Shown: positions 46,801-61,800, counted from the stretch's first letter. The stretch is DNA of 64,000 bases from an uncultured Eubacteriales bacterium (GCA_902476355.1 CABSCS010000001.1:5512-69511); one strand, 5' to 3'. The notes: generated by a model not told the origin, from the sequence alone. A program made the numbers and translations.

Positions 46801-49800
46801 CTTTTGCACTTGCAAATCTTGCCACAAGGGTAAGAGTATATTTGTTTGCTTGGAATCTTGCAGAGTATGAAGTGCTTGCTGTTACTGTAACTTCGGCAGT
46901 TGCAGTTGTTGCAATGTTTGTTCCACCCGCGTTGTACCAAGCGATGAATGAATATCCATCTTTTGCAACCGCTCTCAATGTTGCTTTCAAGCCATGAGTG
47001 AATGTTGCTGAAAGAGCAGTTCCTGTTGCTCCGATATATGCATTTCCACCGTCTGTGCTTGTTGTGTATGTGTTGAGAGATGATGCGTCTTTTGCAGTTG
47101 CTGTTTCAGCAGAAACGGTAACTGTGTATTGATTTTGTGTGAAGTATGCATATACAGTTGCGTTTGCTGTTACGCTTGCAATTGTATATTTTACTGCGGT
47201 TTCACTTGCTGTTGCAGAATCGGTAGGAACGGCTGTATACCAACCTTTGAAGGTATATCCGGTTGCAGCACTTGCTGTGAATTCGGTGCCAAATCCGTGA
47301 TAAATCTTGCTTGTTCCAGAAACTGTTCCACCAGTTGTTCCGGCAGTAATGCTTCCTCCAACATTCTTGAAGTATGCAGTTGCTGTGATTGTGTATTGTT
47401 TTGAAGCAAATCTTGCAGTTATAGTTGTTGCACTTCTAATTGCAGAAGTTGTACCAGATGTGAAGGTTGTGCTTCCAATTGCATATGTTTCAAATACAAA
47501 TCCAGTTGCAGGAGCGTTTGTTACAGATGTTGTTGTTCCATAGAACACATATCCGCCTGTAACGCTTGTTGCAGTTGTTGTGTCGCCAACAGTTGCATTT
47601 GCAAGAACTTTTGCAAGAGAAATTGTTCCACCAGTTGTTCCAGCAGTGTATGTTGTTGGAAGAACTGTTGCACTTGTTGCTTTCTTATATTCAGCGCCAA
47701 CTGAAACTTGAACTTTGTTTGCAACAAATTTTGCTGTGTATGTTGCATTTTCAGCGCCCATGTTGAATGTGTAAACGGTTGCAAGTTTCTTTGTGGTATC
47801 GTTATAAACTTGTGTTCCGCTTGCATTGAACCAACCAGCGAATGTATATCCAGTTTTTGCTGTTGCTGTAAGTGTTACAACAGAATTATAGATATAGCAT
47901 GTCTTGCCGTTGATTGTTGCAGTTGTTCCAGAAATTGCAACTGTTCCACCAGTCTCTCCGGTTGCAACAGCGTTGAGTGTTGTTGCATCTTTTGCAGATT
48001 GATATTTAGTTGTCACTGAAACTTCATATGCGTTGATTGTGAACTTAGCAAAGTATGAAACATTTCCAGCAGGCATTGTGAACTTGTATGTTGTGTCGGT
48101 TGGTTTGTAAACTGTTCCGCCAACTGTTGAGTTTGAAGCAGCAGTTGTAAGAGTGTTGTTTGTGAACCAACCACCAAATGACCAACCAGTGTTTGCAGTT
48201 GCTGTAATTGTTACTGTTGAACCATAGTTATATGTTCCAGCACCAGTTACGCTTCCGCCATCTGCTTCAATTCCACTTACGGTTACTGTATATCCGTTTA
48301 CAGACCAGTTAGCGTAAAGTGTAATGTTAGATGTGATTGTCCATGTGGTTACTGCATCTTTGTTTACAGAGCCATTTGCATTGAAGTATTTAGTTCCCTT
48401 TCCACCCTCTTCTGTAAAGTATCCAAGGAAGGTGTTTCCAGTCTTGCTTGGAGCAGTAATTGCAGAAATTGTGGTGTTATAGGTTGCTGAAATTGTGTCT
48501 GTTCCACCAGTTCCGCCAACTTTGTTAAGAGTTACGGTATAAGTGTGAGCAGTTGCGTTTGCTGTAAGAGTAAGATCATTTGCTGGCATTGTGAATGTGC
48601 AGTTCTTGGTTGTTGAGAAGTCTGATGAACTATTTGTCAACTTAGACCTTCTAGGAGCAAAGGTTGTAAGTTCTGGGGTTAAGGAGCCTGATGAACCATT
48701 TGTCCACTTCGACCAGTCATAACCAGCAAGCATTGTTGCGTTGATTGTTACGCTTGCACCATACTTGTATGAACCAGCACCTGTAACAGTGTCAATTCCT
48801 GTTCCCTTTTTAAGGGTCAAGGTGTATGAGTTTCTCTTATAGTAAACTTTAAGAACGGTTGAACCGTCACCAGCAACTCTTCCGGTGTTGCTTGTTCCAG
48901 TTTTTGTGGTGTCAACACTGAATCCAGTTAATGGTGTGTTTGTTGCGGTTACTGTTGAATCGGTGAATGCTGTCAAACCTGTTGTGGTTCTTGAAGCAGT
49001 TGTTGGATATGTTCCGTCAACTTTTTCATCGTAATGTTCAACTGTATAGGCAACTTTGTTTGCCTCAAATTTAGCATAAAGTTTATAACTTGCACCGTTT
49101 GAGTGAGCGGTTGCAGTGTATGTTCCTTTATAGTCGCTTTGAACAGCGCTTGTTGTTACACCCGCAGAAGTTGTGCATGCTTCGTTTGTGAACCAACCAA
49201 CGAATGAATATCCGGCGTTAGCACGAGCATAAAGTTCAGCAGATGCACCAAATTTGAGTGTTTGTGATGGGCTTGTTTCGTTGGTGATTGCACCAAATCC
49301 AACGCGTCCACCAACAAATGTTGAAGATGAGCCGTTTGAGAATGTCTTTGAAACGAGTGTTACTGTATACTCGTCAACAGCAAAGTTTGCAGTCAATGTG
49401 AGTGTTGCTCCCTTTGCCATTGCTGGCATTGTGAAGGTATACTCTGCACTGTCTGATGCAATTCCTGAAACTGTGCTTGTCCAACCAGTGAAGTGATATC
49501 CAGCAACGCTTGCAACTGCTTTTACAGTTACAGAAGAGTTATATTGAACATCGGTCAAGGTTGTTGTGCTTGTTCCTGTGATTGCCGAGCCTTTTGCGTT
49601 TGTGATATATGCAGAACCAAGAGCCTTTCCATTTTCTGTTGTAACGCCAACAGACAATGTGTACTCGTGGATTGTGTATTGTGCATAAAGTGTTTGAGCA
49701 CCAGTGATTTGAACTTTTGTTGAAGCAGAAATTGTTGTTCCTGTTCCATCTTTTGCTGTGTTCCAAGAAGCAAATTCATATCCAGCCAAAGTTGCGGTTG

Positions 49801-52800
49801 GAAGAGTTCCATAGTTTGCGTTATATGTAACTTCTTTTGTCTTGTCACCAACAACTGTTCCGCCGTTAGGGTTGAATGTTACTGTATATGTGTTTGCTGT
49901 CCACTTAGCAACAAGTTCAATTGTGATTGTTGAAGCACTTCCAGCAGTTACACCTGCATATGTTGCAAGGTCGTTTACTGTGTATGCCTTGTTGTTTGTT
50001 ACAAGGGTTACTGCTTTGGTTGTTGCATGTGTAATGTTCCAACCAGCAAGTGTGTATCCAGTTTTTGTTACACCATTGTTTACAGTGTATGAACCAGTGA
50101 ATGCTTTTACACCAGAAGTTGCAAGAGCAGTTGTGCCATTCTTATAAGCAAATTTATAGGTGTTTTCTTGGAACTTAGCGTATAAGCGATAGGTTCCTTG
50201 GTTTGTTCCGTTTGAAACATATGTCAAACTGTTATTGAGTGTTGGAGAATATGAAGCACTTGTGCTTACTGCACTTCCTGTGCAGTTTGCATTTTCGAAC
50301 CAACCGATGAATGCATATCCAGCAGAAGCGGTTGCATTTACGGTTGCAGTCTTGCCATATACAACGCCAGTTGCATTTCCAGAAACTGTTCCGCCAACAA
50401 GTGTTGATGAAAGTTCATGTTTAGCATCTGTTTCGTTATATCCATATGTTGCACTTCCAACTTCAACATTATATGTGTTTTGTGCGAAGTGAGCAACAAG
50501 GTTATATTTTGAACCATTTGCACCAATGTCTTGCATTGTGAATGTATGGGTCAAATCGTCTGAAACTTTTGTTTCGCCAACATACCAACCAGTGAAGTGA
50601 TATCCAGTTGTTGCAATTGCACGAACTGTTACGCTTGCACCATAGTTATAGTTTGCAGAAGCCCCTGTTCCAGTTGCACCAACATATGCGTTTCCGCCAG
50701 CGGTTGGGGTTGCACTTGTTGTAACTCCGAATGTCTTGATTGTTGCAGAAACTGTAATTGTCAAGTCGCTTGCAATGTTGTGTGTATAACTTCCAGAAGA
50801 AATTGTAACGCCAGTTGCACTGTAAGCAATGTTGTAATATCCAGTTGATACTGTTCCAGTCAAGGTTACAGTTTCACCAAAGTAAACTGTGAATGTTTTT
50901 TCGCTTCCTGTTGTTCCATTCAAGTTTGTTGAATATGAAACAGATTTAACACCAGTTCCCTTTGAAATTGTAACTGTATATGAGTTTGCGGTGTAAACTG
51001 CACTATATTCAAGAGCACTTGTTGGAATTGATGCTTGTGCTTGGGTTGTTGCAACGCCATTGCTTGAAGCAACCTCTGTTCCAGTTGTTCCTCTTCCTGC
51101 AACCCATTTTGTGAAGGTGTAACCTGTCACTGTTGGAGCAGTCATTGTTGCAGTCTTTTTGAGTGGCATTTTGATTGTTGTAACAATTCCGCTTGTTGTT
51201 ACATAGTCACTCTTGATGCTGATTCCCATTGCTTTCAAAGCAATTGATGAACCAGTGATTGCATATGAATAGATGTTAATGTCATATGTTTTAGATTCAA
51301 ACAAAGCAAAGTAGTTTTGTCCAGCAGTTGTCATTGCTGTGGTTGTCATTGTTGCAGTTGTTGCAATTGGGTTTCCGCTTACAACGCCTTTATACCAACC
51401 AACGAATGTATAACCACTGTTTGCTGTTGCTGTGATTGTTGTTGTTGCATTATAGTCGATTCCGGCTGTAACGCTTGTTCCAGCGGTTCCAGAGCCAATC
51501 TTTACTGTTCCGCCAAGAACGCCATCGCCAGAAGCCTCAATTGTGTTTCCAAATCTGGTTTGAACTTTAACAGTCAAATCATATTGGTTAATTGTGAACT
51601 TCGATTTCAATGTAACGTTGTCTGCTGGCATTGTGAAGGTATATTGTCTTCCAGCGCCAGAAATCTTGGTTTCGGTTGAACCTTTAACATTGTACCAACC
51701 TTCGAATGTGTAACCTTCGTTCTCGGTTGCAGAAACTGTAACCTTTTGAGCGTTGAGGTCGCTGTCAACAACATTGAATGTTGCGTTGAGGGTTGAACCT
51801 GTTGTTCCGATTCTTGCAGTTCCACCAACTCCGGCAGAAACTGTAACTGTATAAGCTTTTGTCTCGAAGAGAGCACTGTATGTTTGTCCAGCAGTTGTCA
51901 TTGCTGCGGTTGTCATTGAAAGTTCTTTTGAAGTTGCAGTCTTTGTAAAGTCTGTTCCAACAAACCAACCAACAAATGAATATCCGTCATTTACAGAAGC
52001 AGTGATTGTTGCTGTCTTTGTAAGGATAACTGATCCAGCACCTGAAACGCTTCCGCCGAGTGCACTTTCGGTTGGGGTTCCGTCTGTTCCAACTTTTACA
52101 TATGCTTTGAGTGTCAAAGTATATGAGTTAGCGGTGTAAAGAGCAGTATATGTAAGTCCAGCAGTTGTCATTGCAGCAGTTTTAAGTGTTCCAGTTGTCT
52201 TTGTTCCACTTGTTCCTGTTCCAGTGAACCAACCAGCAAATGTATATCCAGATTTTGCAGTTGCTGTGATTGAAGCGGTTTGACCAAATGTTACTTGTGC
52301 TGTATATGTTCCAGCAGAACCAGTAAATGTAAGTCCACCAAGGCTTGCAAATCCAGCGTCTGACAATGTTGCTGTTTCAGAACCATATTGTGTATAGTTC
52401 TTGATTGTGAGAGTATAGGTTTGAATTGCAAACTTAGCATAGATTGTTGCTTTGCTTGCAGGCATCTTGAATGTATACTCTGTGTCTGAAACTTTTGTAA
52501 GTCCAGTTGTATATGCAGAAGTGCAATCAGCATCTGTGAAGAAGCCAACGAACTTATATCCAGTTGCAGGAGAAATTGTAAGAGTGGTTGACTGAGTATA
52601 GTAATACGAGCCAGCACCCGAAACGCTTCCGCCGTCTGTTCCAACTGTAAGTTTGTTGTCTGCCCCAACAAATTTGTTTGTGATTGTAAGAGCATATTTG
52701 TTTTGTTCCCAAATTGCAGAAAGTGTTACTTTTCCGCCATTGGTGTTAAGAAGTCCAGCATCTTCAAGAATTGTTGCAACGTCAACACTTGCTGAAAGAG

Positions 52801-55800
52801 CATATGTTTTGGCGTCGTCAAGTCTCCAACCTTTGAGGGTTGCACCTGTATAGGTGAAGATTGCGCCCTTCAATGTAACCTTTCCACTTGCAGAATATGT
52901 GATTCCGGTTTGTGTTTGGGTTGTGTTTGTTTGTGCGCCAGCGAATGTTGGATAATTAGATGCATATTCAATTGTATAGGTGTTAGCACTATAAATTGGA
53001 TAAAGTGTAATGTCATATCCAGCAGTGTTGCCAGCAAGTTTTCCTGCTTTTGTTGCAAGGTCAGTAACGGTTACTGTTGCGTTAAGTCCATAAATGGCTG
53101 AACCGCTTCCAGCAGTTGCTTTTGTAAGGCTCCAACCAACAATGTGATATCCAGCGTTTGCTGTGTTAATATCTGCACCACTGTTTGTTGTAAATGACTC
53201 GGTATAAGTTTTTGTAGTGGTTCCAGTGATACCGTCGAATGTGATTCTATAAGTATTTTCTCTCCATTGAGCATAGAGGGTTTGGTCGGCAGTGATTGTA
53301 ACTTTTGTTGTTGCAGTTACTGTTTCTCCGCTTCCGTCTTTTGCTGTGTTCCATGATGTGAAGTAGTATCCTGAACGAGTTACAGTGTTAAGTGTACCAT
53401 AGGTTGAGTTATAGTAAACTGTCTTTGAACCAGTTTCAGGAATTCCACCGTTTGCATTAAATGTAACATTATAGCCATTTGCAGTGAAGAGTGCATAGAT
53501 TGTGATTGTTGCACCGTTTTTGTCTTGTGCAGGGATTGCATATTTACCGCTTGTAACGGTTGCACTTGTTGTGCAGTTTGCATTTGTGAACCAACCAGCA
53601 AATGTATATCCAGTGTTTGCAGTTGCAGAAACTGTTGCGCTTGTTCCAAATTTATATTTGCCAGCGCCAGTTACTGTTCCACCAACATTGGTGTCTGCTT
53701 TTCCGTTCACTCTTGTAACAACTGAAATACTCAATGTATATTCATCTGCCACATATGAAGCAATGAGTTTATAGGTTTCATTGTTCTTTGTAAGTGCTGG
53801 CATGTTGAAGTTATAGGTTTCGCCTGCGCCTGCAATCTTGTTTGCAGTTGCAACACTTGAAACATACCAACCATCGAAGTGATAACCTTTAACCTTTGTT
53901 GCGGTTACTGTTGTTGCAGTTCCATAGATGATTCCATCTTTGCTTGAAACAGCAGTTGTAAGAGCGGTTCCGTTTACTTTTGTAATGCTTGCAGTTCCGT
54001 TTACAGCCTCAACTTCAAGAGTATAGTTGCTGTGGATTGTGTAATGTGCAGAAAGTGTAACTGTTCCGCCATTTTCTGTTGTAAGGTTTTTGAGAGTAGC
54101 GCTTGCCAAAACAGTTGAACCATCGGCTTTTGTGAAGTAGTCGAAGTCATAACCTGCTTTCTTAGGAGTAAGTCCTGGGTGAAGAGCAGCAAATCCGGCA
54201 TATTCACGGCTATATACAAGAACGCTTGAAACTGTTTTGCTTTCGCCAATCAATCCGTCAACTGCGTCGAAGATAACTGTATAGGTGTTAGCCTCGAAGA
54301 GAGCGGTGTAAACAAGTCCAGATGTTGTCATCTTGTCTGTTGTTGCAGTTGCAGTTGTAGCAAATTGAGTTGAAACACCTTTTCCTGTATACCAACCAAC
54401 GAAGTGGTATCCAGCGAGTTCTGTTGCTTTGATTGTTGCAGTTGCGTTGAAGTCGATGCTTCCAGCACCTGTAACTGTTCCGCCAACAGCGCTTTCTGTT
54501 GCTTCACCATCACCAACTTTTACATAGGTGTAAAGTGTTACAGCATATTTGTTTGCAGTCCATTGAGCATAGATTGTTACATCTGCGCCAGTTGAAAGGT
54601 TTCTTGAAGTTGCAAGAACTTCGTCGCCTGTTCCGCCTTTCTTGGTGTTCCAACTCTGGAATGTATATCCAGTTGCAGTTGCTTTTCCAAGTTCGTTTGC
54701 ACTGATGTCTTCATCATATGTTGCAGTGATTGTTGTTGGGATATTTCCAACGGTTGAAACCCCAGCAGGAGCGTTTCCGTTGAAGATAACCTTATATTGT
54801 TTTGCAGTCCATGTTGCATATACGTCAACAATTGCGCCGTTTTCAGCAGTCAATGATGTTGATTCATATGTTACAACAGTTCCTTTTCCGTTGGCTTGTG
54901 TGTTATAGCCAGCGAATGTGTAACCAACGAGTGATGGAGTTGCAAGTTCACTTGAAGCAAGTGCTGCACCATATTTCACGCCGTTGATGTTTGCATTGAG
55001 CCCTGAAACTGAACCAGCAGTTCCAGCAGGTTTGTTCGCATTGAAGCGAACTGAATATGAGTTTCTTGTATAGTAAAGTGAAATTACAAGGTTTCCGTCT
55101 GCAGAAATTGTAAGAGCATTTTCTGTGAGGTTGGTTGTATATCTACTATATGTGAATCCTTCATATGTTGTCTTTACAGAAGCAAGGTCAACAGTTGATG
55201 CAGTTGTTCCAGTGTGTTTAACTGAATCTGCTTCTTCCCATGTTCCGTCAAGGTTTTCTGTAAAGTGTTTAACTGTATATTTAGTGTTTGTGTTAGCATT
55301 CCATTTTGCAGTGAGAACTACAATTGCGCCTTGTTCAGATGCAAGGTTCATGAACTTGTCTGCTGTAACGGCAGTGGTTCCATTTGACCAAGCGGTCCAT
55401 GTTGTTCCGTCGCCATATTTTGCAGTTGCAGTGTTAAGACCAGTTGCAGTGAATCCAGCAAATGTGTAACCAACTCTTGAAGTTGTGCCAAATGCATATG
55501 CTTCATTATAGGTTGCTGTTACTGATGTGATTGATGTTCCACCAGCAGTTACATAGTTTACTATATAGGTGTTTGCTTTCCAGATAGCATAAAGTGTGAT
55601 TGTTGCAGGTGCATATGGAGTTTCAAGTCCAACTTCTCTTACGAGAGTTGAAACATCAATTGTTCCAACAAGAGCAGCAATTTCTTTTGTTGCAGCGCTG
55701 TCTGTGTTCCAACCAATGAATGTGTATCCAGTTTTTGAATATTTGTTTGTTACAGTTGGGATTGCAATTGAACCACCGAATGTTGCAGTCATATCGGCAA

Positions 55801-58800
55801 TTGCAGAAGCAACTGTTGCACCGTTTGCATTGAACTTCACGGTGTATACGTTTGCAGTGAATTTAGCATAGAGGTTAATAGTTCCATTGTTTGCAATTGT
55901 GTTTGTAACTTGATAGATGTTATATCCTGTGCCTGCTTTCACTGTAAGAGCAGTTGCGCCATTTGCGTCGACGAACCAGCCATTGAAGGTGTATCCGTTT
56001 GATGCAGTAGCGTAAAGGTTTACGTTGTCAAGATAGTTTGCAGTTGCACTTGTTGTGCCAGATGCGCCGATACCAATTGTTGCACCAGCAGTTCCAGTTC
56101 CAATTGCAGAAACTTTAACAGTGTAAACGTTTTTATCAAACACGGCAGTAAGCGCATAGTCGCCTGCTGGCATGTTGAATTTGTACTCTGCTTTGGTTGA
56201 TTTTTCACCTTCTGCGTCTGTCCAACGAACGAAGTGGTATCCAGCAGAAGCAGTTGCTTTAACTGTGATTGCAGTGTTGTAATCATAAGTTCCAGCACCT
56301 TCTGTTGTTCCGGTGTCAGCAGGGCTAACGGTGATTGTCAAGTTGTATTGGTTAATATCCCAATGAGCATAGAGTGTTTGTGCGGTTGTGATTGTAACAG
56401 GAGTGTCTGCTTCAACTTGTGTTCCAGCAGTCTTGTCTGTAAACCAACCGTTGAATGTGTAACCAGTTCTTGTTGCTTCTGGAAGAGTTCCATAGGTTTC
56501 AGCATAGGTTACGGTCATTGTCTTGGTTGAGCAGTTTCCTCCGTTTGCATCAAATGTAACAGTATATTTGTTTGCTGTTGCAGTTGCAGTAAGAGTAACA
56601 TTGCCTGCTCCAAGAACAAATGATGTTTCTTTTGTTGCAAGTGTCTTGTCACCTGTCCAACCATTCCATGTGTATCCAGCACTTACGGTTGCATCAATGT
56701 TGATTGTTGCACCAAAGTAGAATTCACCATTTCCAGAAACAGCACTGATACCTGTTTCCTTGTTAAGAGTTACTGTATATTTCTCTCTTGTAAGGTAAAC
56801 TTTCAAAACTGTTGTTCCGTTAGGATTGATTGTTGCTTTAAGTTCTGAAGCATCGGTTTCAAGAATATATCCAGCAAGGTTCAATTCTCCATTTGTGAAG
56901 TTCTTTGAAATTGCTGTTGCATTTACTGTTGCGTTTGTTGTTCCTGTCTTGTTCTCGGTTTCGAGTTTTTCATAGGTTGTTGCAAGAGTAGATGCGTCTG
57001 TAAGATTTTTAACATATGTTTCAATCTTATATGCTGTGTCTGATTTTTCAGACCAACGAGCGATAAGGACTACGGTTTCGCCATCAACAGATGTAAGGTT
57101 CTTGTCGGTGTTAACAACAAGTTTTCCACCTTCGGTGTACCAACCTTCAAATTTATAGCCAGGTGCGCTTGGGATTCCAAGAGCGTTTGCACTGATTTGA
57201 GCGTCATACTTGATGCCTGAAATTGTTGAAGGAATGTCTTTAACATCGCTTCCAGCAGGAGTATTTCCGTTAAATGATACAGAGTATGTGTGTGCTTCCC
57301 AATGAGCATAGAATGTTGCGTTTCCGTCATGTGCCCATTTTCCATCTACCAAATAACCTTCAACGGTTGCGTTAACTTTTCCGGTGTTATCTGTAATTGC
57401 AAGTCCAGCAGTTGCAGAAGTGAACCAACCAACAAAGTCGTAACCAACTCTTGAAGCAACTGTATCAGTAAGGCTGAGAGCAACATCATAAGTTGCGGTT
57501 GCGGTTTGTGTTAATGGATTTCCACCATTTGCGTTAAGGGTGATTGTATAGGTGTTTGCATCCCATGTTGCTTTAACTGAAACTGTTGCACCTTCTGCTG
57601 ATGCAAGGTTCTTTGAAGCAGTTGTGATTGTTGTTTCACCCATTACATATGAACCAAATGTGTATCCTGTTCTTTCAGCAACTGGAAGAGTTCCAAGAGT
57701 TTGAGCAAATGCAACTTGTTTTGTTGCAATTGTTTTTGCCTCGTTAAGAGTCCAACCATTTGCTGCGGTGAATGTACCATTGTTTGCAGAAATTGAAACT
57801 GTATATTTGTTTGCAGTCCATTGAGCAAAGAATGTTGTTCCGCCAACGCGTGTCCACTTGCCAGCGGTGATATATCCTTCTACATTGCTTTGTACAGCGC
57901 CAGTTGCGTCTGCAACCATGATTCCGTTTTCTTTTTCTGTGAACCAACCTTTGAATGTGTATCCAGTTGATGTTACAGGAACAATTGTGCTTCCGAATGC
58001 GCCATCAAATGTTACAGTTTTTGCGGTTGGAACGCCAGCAACAGAAGAATCGGCTTGTGCGTTTCCATTGAATGTAACTTGATATGTAAGTGCTGTCCAA
58101 ACTGCATAGAGTGTAACTTTTCCGTCTTTATCAGATGAAAGACCTGAAACAGTTGCTCCGTCTGCATATTTAACAGCGCCGTTTTTGGTTTCTGCCCAAC
58201 CTGTGAATCTATATCCAGGAAGAACGAAGCCGTTTGCAGAAAGTGCTTTTGATGCAGTGAATGACAATGTCATTTGTTCTGTTTTACCGGTAACAGTTCC
58301 GGTTGCACCTTCTGGTTTTGCTCCATCAAATGTGATGGTGTATGAGTTTTCACTCCATGTTGCGGTGATTGTGATTGTTGCGCCGTTAGCGGTTTGTGCA
58401 GGAACGGTGTATTTTCCGTCTGTGTCAACGCTTCCGGTTTCAACTGTAAATCCACCAAATGTGTATCCAGTTTCTGTGTTTTGAACAAGAGTTATTGTAG
58501 AGCCAAATTCAGCAGTTGTTGTTGTGGTTCCAACTTCTCCAATACCAGCGTTACCACCAGCGGTTGCGCCCGCTTTTACAACTTTGATTGTATAGGTGTC
58601 TTTTGCAAATCTTGCAACAAGTGTCAATCCGTTTACTGGGATTGTAACTTCATATGATGCAGAAGTTGAAACTCTTTCTCCTGCTTCGGTTTGCCATTCA
58701 ACGAAGTGATATCCAGCATTTGCTGTGGCTGTGATTGCAACGGTTTTGTTGTAATTATATGTTCCAGCACCTGTGGTTTTTCCATAAGCCTCATCTGGGA

Positions 58801-61800
58801 GAACTTTAAGAATCAATTCATAGTCGTTGATTGTGAAGTGAGCATAGAGTGTGTGGTTGTTTGGTTTTGTAACTTTTGTTGCATCGGTAACCTTTGTTCC
58901 GCCAGTTGCAAGAGTGTACCAACCATCAAATATCCAACCAGTCTTGGTTGCTTTGATAGCATCAATTCCGGTATAGTTTGCATCAAATGTAACGGTGAGT
59001 GTTTGTGTTGCAGGTGTTCCGCCGTTTTCTTGTGCGTTAAGTGTAACTGTATATTCGTTTGCAGTTGCGTTTGCTGTAAGAGCAATTGCTTTTGCTTCAA
59101 GAACAAATGTTGCATCTTGTGCGTCAAGGTCAAGGCCACCTGTCCAGTTCTTCCATGTGTATCCTGCTTTTACAGTTGCACCAAGTTGAACTGTTGCACC
59201 ATAGTAGTATGTTGCGTTTCCTGTTACAGCACTGATACCAGTTCCCTTGTCAAGAGCAACATCGAATGTGTCTCTTGTGAAGCGTACAACAAGTACAAGT
59301 GAACCTTCACCAACAATTGTTCCTGTAAGTTTTGATCCTTCTTCAACAAATGTTCTGCCAGGAAGTTTAGTTTTGTCGAATACGCCATTTGTGAAGTATT
59401 TAGAAACTGCTGTTGCATTTGCAGGATCATCGGTTGTTCCGATTTCAACTTGTGAATCAAATTCTGTGTACTTGCCGTCTACAAGTGATTTTCCATCAGC
59501 AGAAATGTCTTGCATTTCATATCTGATTGTATATTTTGTTTCATCGCTTGCAGTGTAACGAGCAACAAGTGTGTGATCGGTTGAGATGATAACTTTTGTT
59601 GTTTCACTGATAGCAGTTCCGTCCTCTGTGAACCATCCTTCGAATGAGTAACCACTTGCAGGGGTTACAGCAGGAAGTGTTCCATAGGTTCCGTTGAATT
59701 TAACTGTTTTTTCAGTTGTGTCGGTTGATCCATGAGCACCAATATTGAATGTAACTTTAATATCGTTTTGTGTCCATGTTGCTTTCAAAGTTACAGTTGC
59801 ACCGTTTGTTGCAGAAAGGTTGTTTACTGTTGCGCCATTTGCATAAGTGTTTTCACCAAATGTCCAACCAGCGAATGTGTAACCTTCAAGAACAAAGCCG
59901 TTTTCTGTCAATGCTTTTGCTTGGTCATAGGTCATTGAAAGGTTTGCAGTTGAACCAGAAACTGTTGTTGTTGCAGTTTCAGGAACGTTTGCATCAAATG
60001 TGATTGTATATTTGTTTGCAGTCCATTGTGATACAAGTTCAACAACTTTGTCAAGTTCGGTTGTAAGGTTCTTTACAGTTGCGCCATTTGTATAAGTGTT
60101 TTCATTATAGAGCCATCCAGCAAATGTATAACCTTCAAGGGTATATCCGTTTGCAGGAAGAGTAACTTCGGTTGCGAATGTTGCAGGGATATCAGCCATT
60201 GTTCCCTTTACAACATTGCTTGTTGTTGCAGGAGCCTTGCCAACAAATTTGATTGTGTAGCCGTTTGCTTGCCATCTTGCTTTAAATGTTGCGTTGTCTG
60301 CAAGAGTCCATTTTCCAGCGGTGATGAATCCAGCAACGCTTTCGTTTACTGTTCCTTCTCCGTTTGTAACAGCAACGCCAGTTGATGTAAACCAACCAGT
60401 GAATGTGTATCCAGTAGCGACAGGAACTGAAATTGAAGTTACGAATGCGCTGTCAAATGTTACAGGAATATTTGCAGGCATTGAACCAACAGTTGCATCT
60501 GTAAGTTTTTCTGATTCAAATGAAACTGTATATTTGTTTGCTGACCATTGTGCGTAAAGTTCAACATCAGCCTCGTTAACAGCAGAAAGTTTAGAAACGC
60601 TTTGTCTGTCAACATATGAAGCACCTTTTCCGTCTGCTTTTGTGTTCCAACCAGTGAATGTGTAACCTTCAAGTGTAAAGTTATTCTTTTCAAGGTTTAC
60701 AGATGCTGTGTAAGCAATTAATGTCATGCCAGGAGTAATTCCTTTGCATGTTGTTGAAGCATTTTTAGGAACATTTTCTTTAAAGATAATGTTATATGCA
60801 TTTTCTGTGAACTTAGCATAAAGGTTGATTGTTGCACCGTTTGCTTTTTGTGCAGGAACGGTATAGGTTGCAACGCCGTTTTTGTCAGTAACGCCAAGAG
60901 AAGTGTTTCCATCAGCATCGCTGAACCAGCCAGCGAATGTGTAACCTGTGTTTGCCTTTTGATAAAGGTCGATTGTGCTGTTAAATTCAACACCAGATTT
61001 TGTCAAAACTTCAGGAGATGCAAGTTCGCCGATACCGATTGTTCCACCTGCGGTTGCTCCGATTTTTGAAATTTTAACAGTGTATGTATCAATTTCGAAG
61101 TGTGCAACAAGGATAACATCGTTTGCTGGCATATTGAATATGTATTCAACATCCTTAGATTTCTCGTTGCCATTTTCTGTCCATTTAACAAAGTGATAAC
61201 CATCAGAAGCAGTTGCTGTAACTGTAACTTTTTCGTTATAGTCATAACCTTTTGCTCCGGTTGTTGTTCCTTTGCCTTCTGGGTCAACAGAAATATTAAC
61301 TTGATATTTGTTGATTGTGAAGTGAGCATAAAGTGTGTGGTTCTCTGGGTTTGTTACAGGGGTTGTTGCGGTGATTTGGTTTCCGTCAACTTTTGCATCA
61401 AACCAACCAGCGAAATCCCAACCAGTTCTTGTTGCTTCAACACCTTTAAGGTTGCTGTAAACGCTATCAAACACAGCAGTGATTGTTGCAGTTTCACAGG
61501 TTCCGCCATTTGCTGTTGCGTCAAGAGTGATTGTAAGAGTTTTTGCCTCCCAAACAGCATAAAGTGTGATTGCTTTTGTTTTGGTAAGGTTCTTTACTTC
61601 TGTTCCACTTTGATATTGAACTTCACCACTTGCTGTTGTTGCCCAACCCATGAAGTTATATCCTGCATAGGTGAATGTGCAGTCTGCAAGTGTAAATTCT
61701 TTTGCATAGGTTGCATCTTGTGTATAGTCTGCACCAGTTGCCTTATCATTGTTCTTTGTAAATGTGATTGTATATTCGTTTGCAATCCATTTAGCGTATA

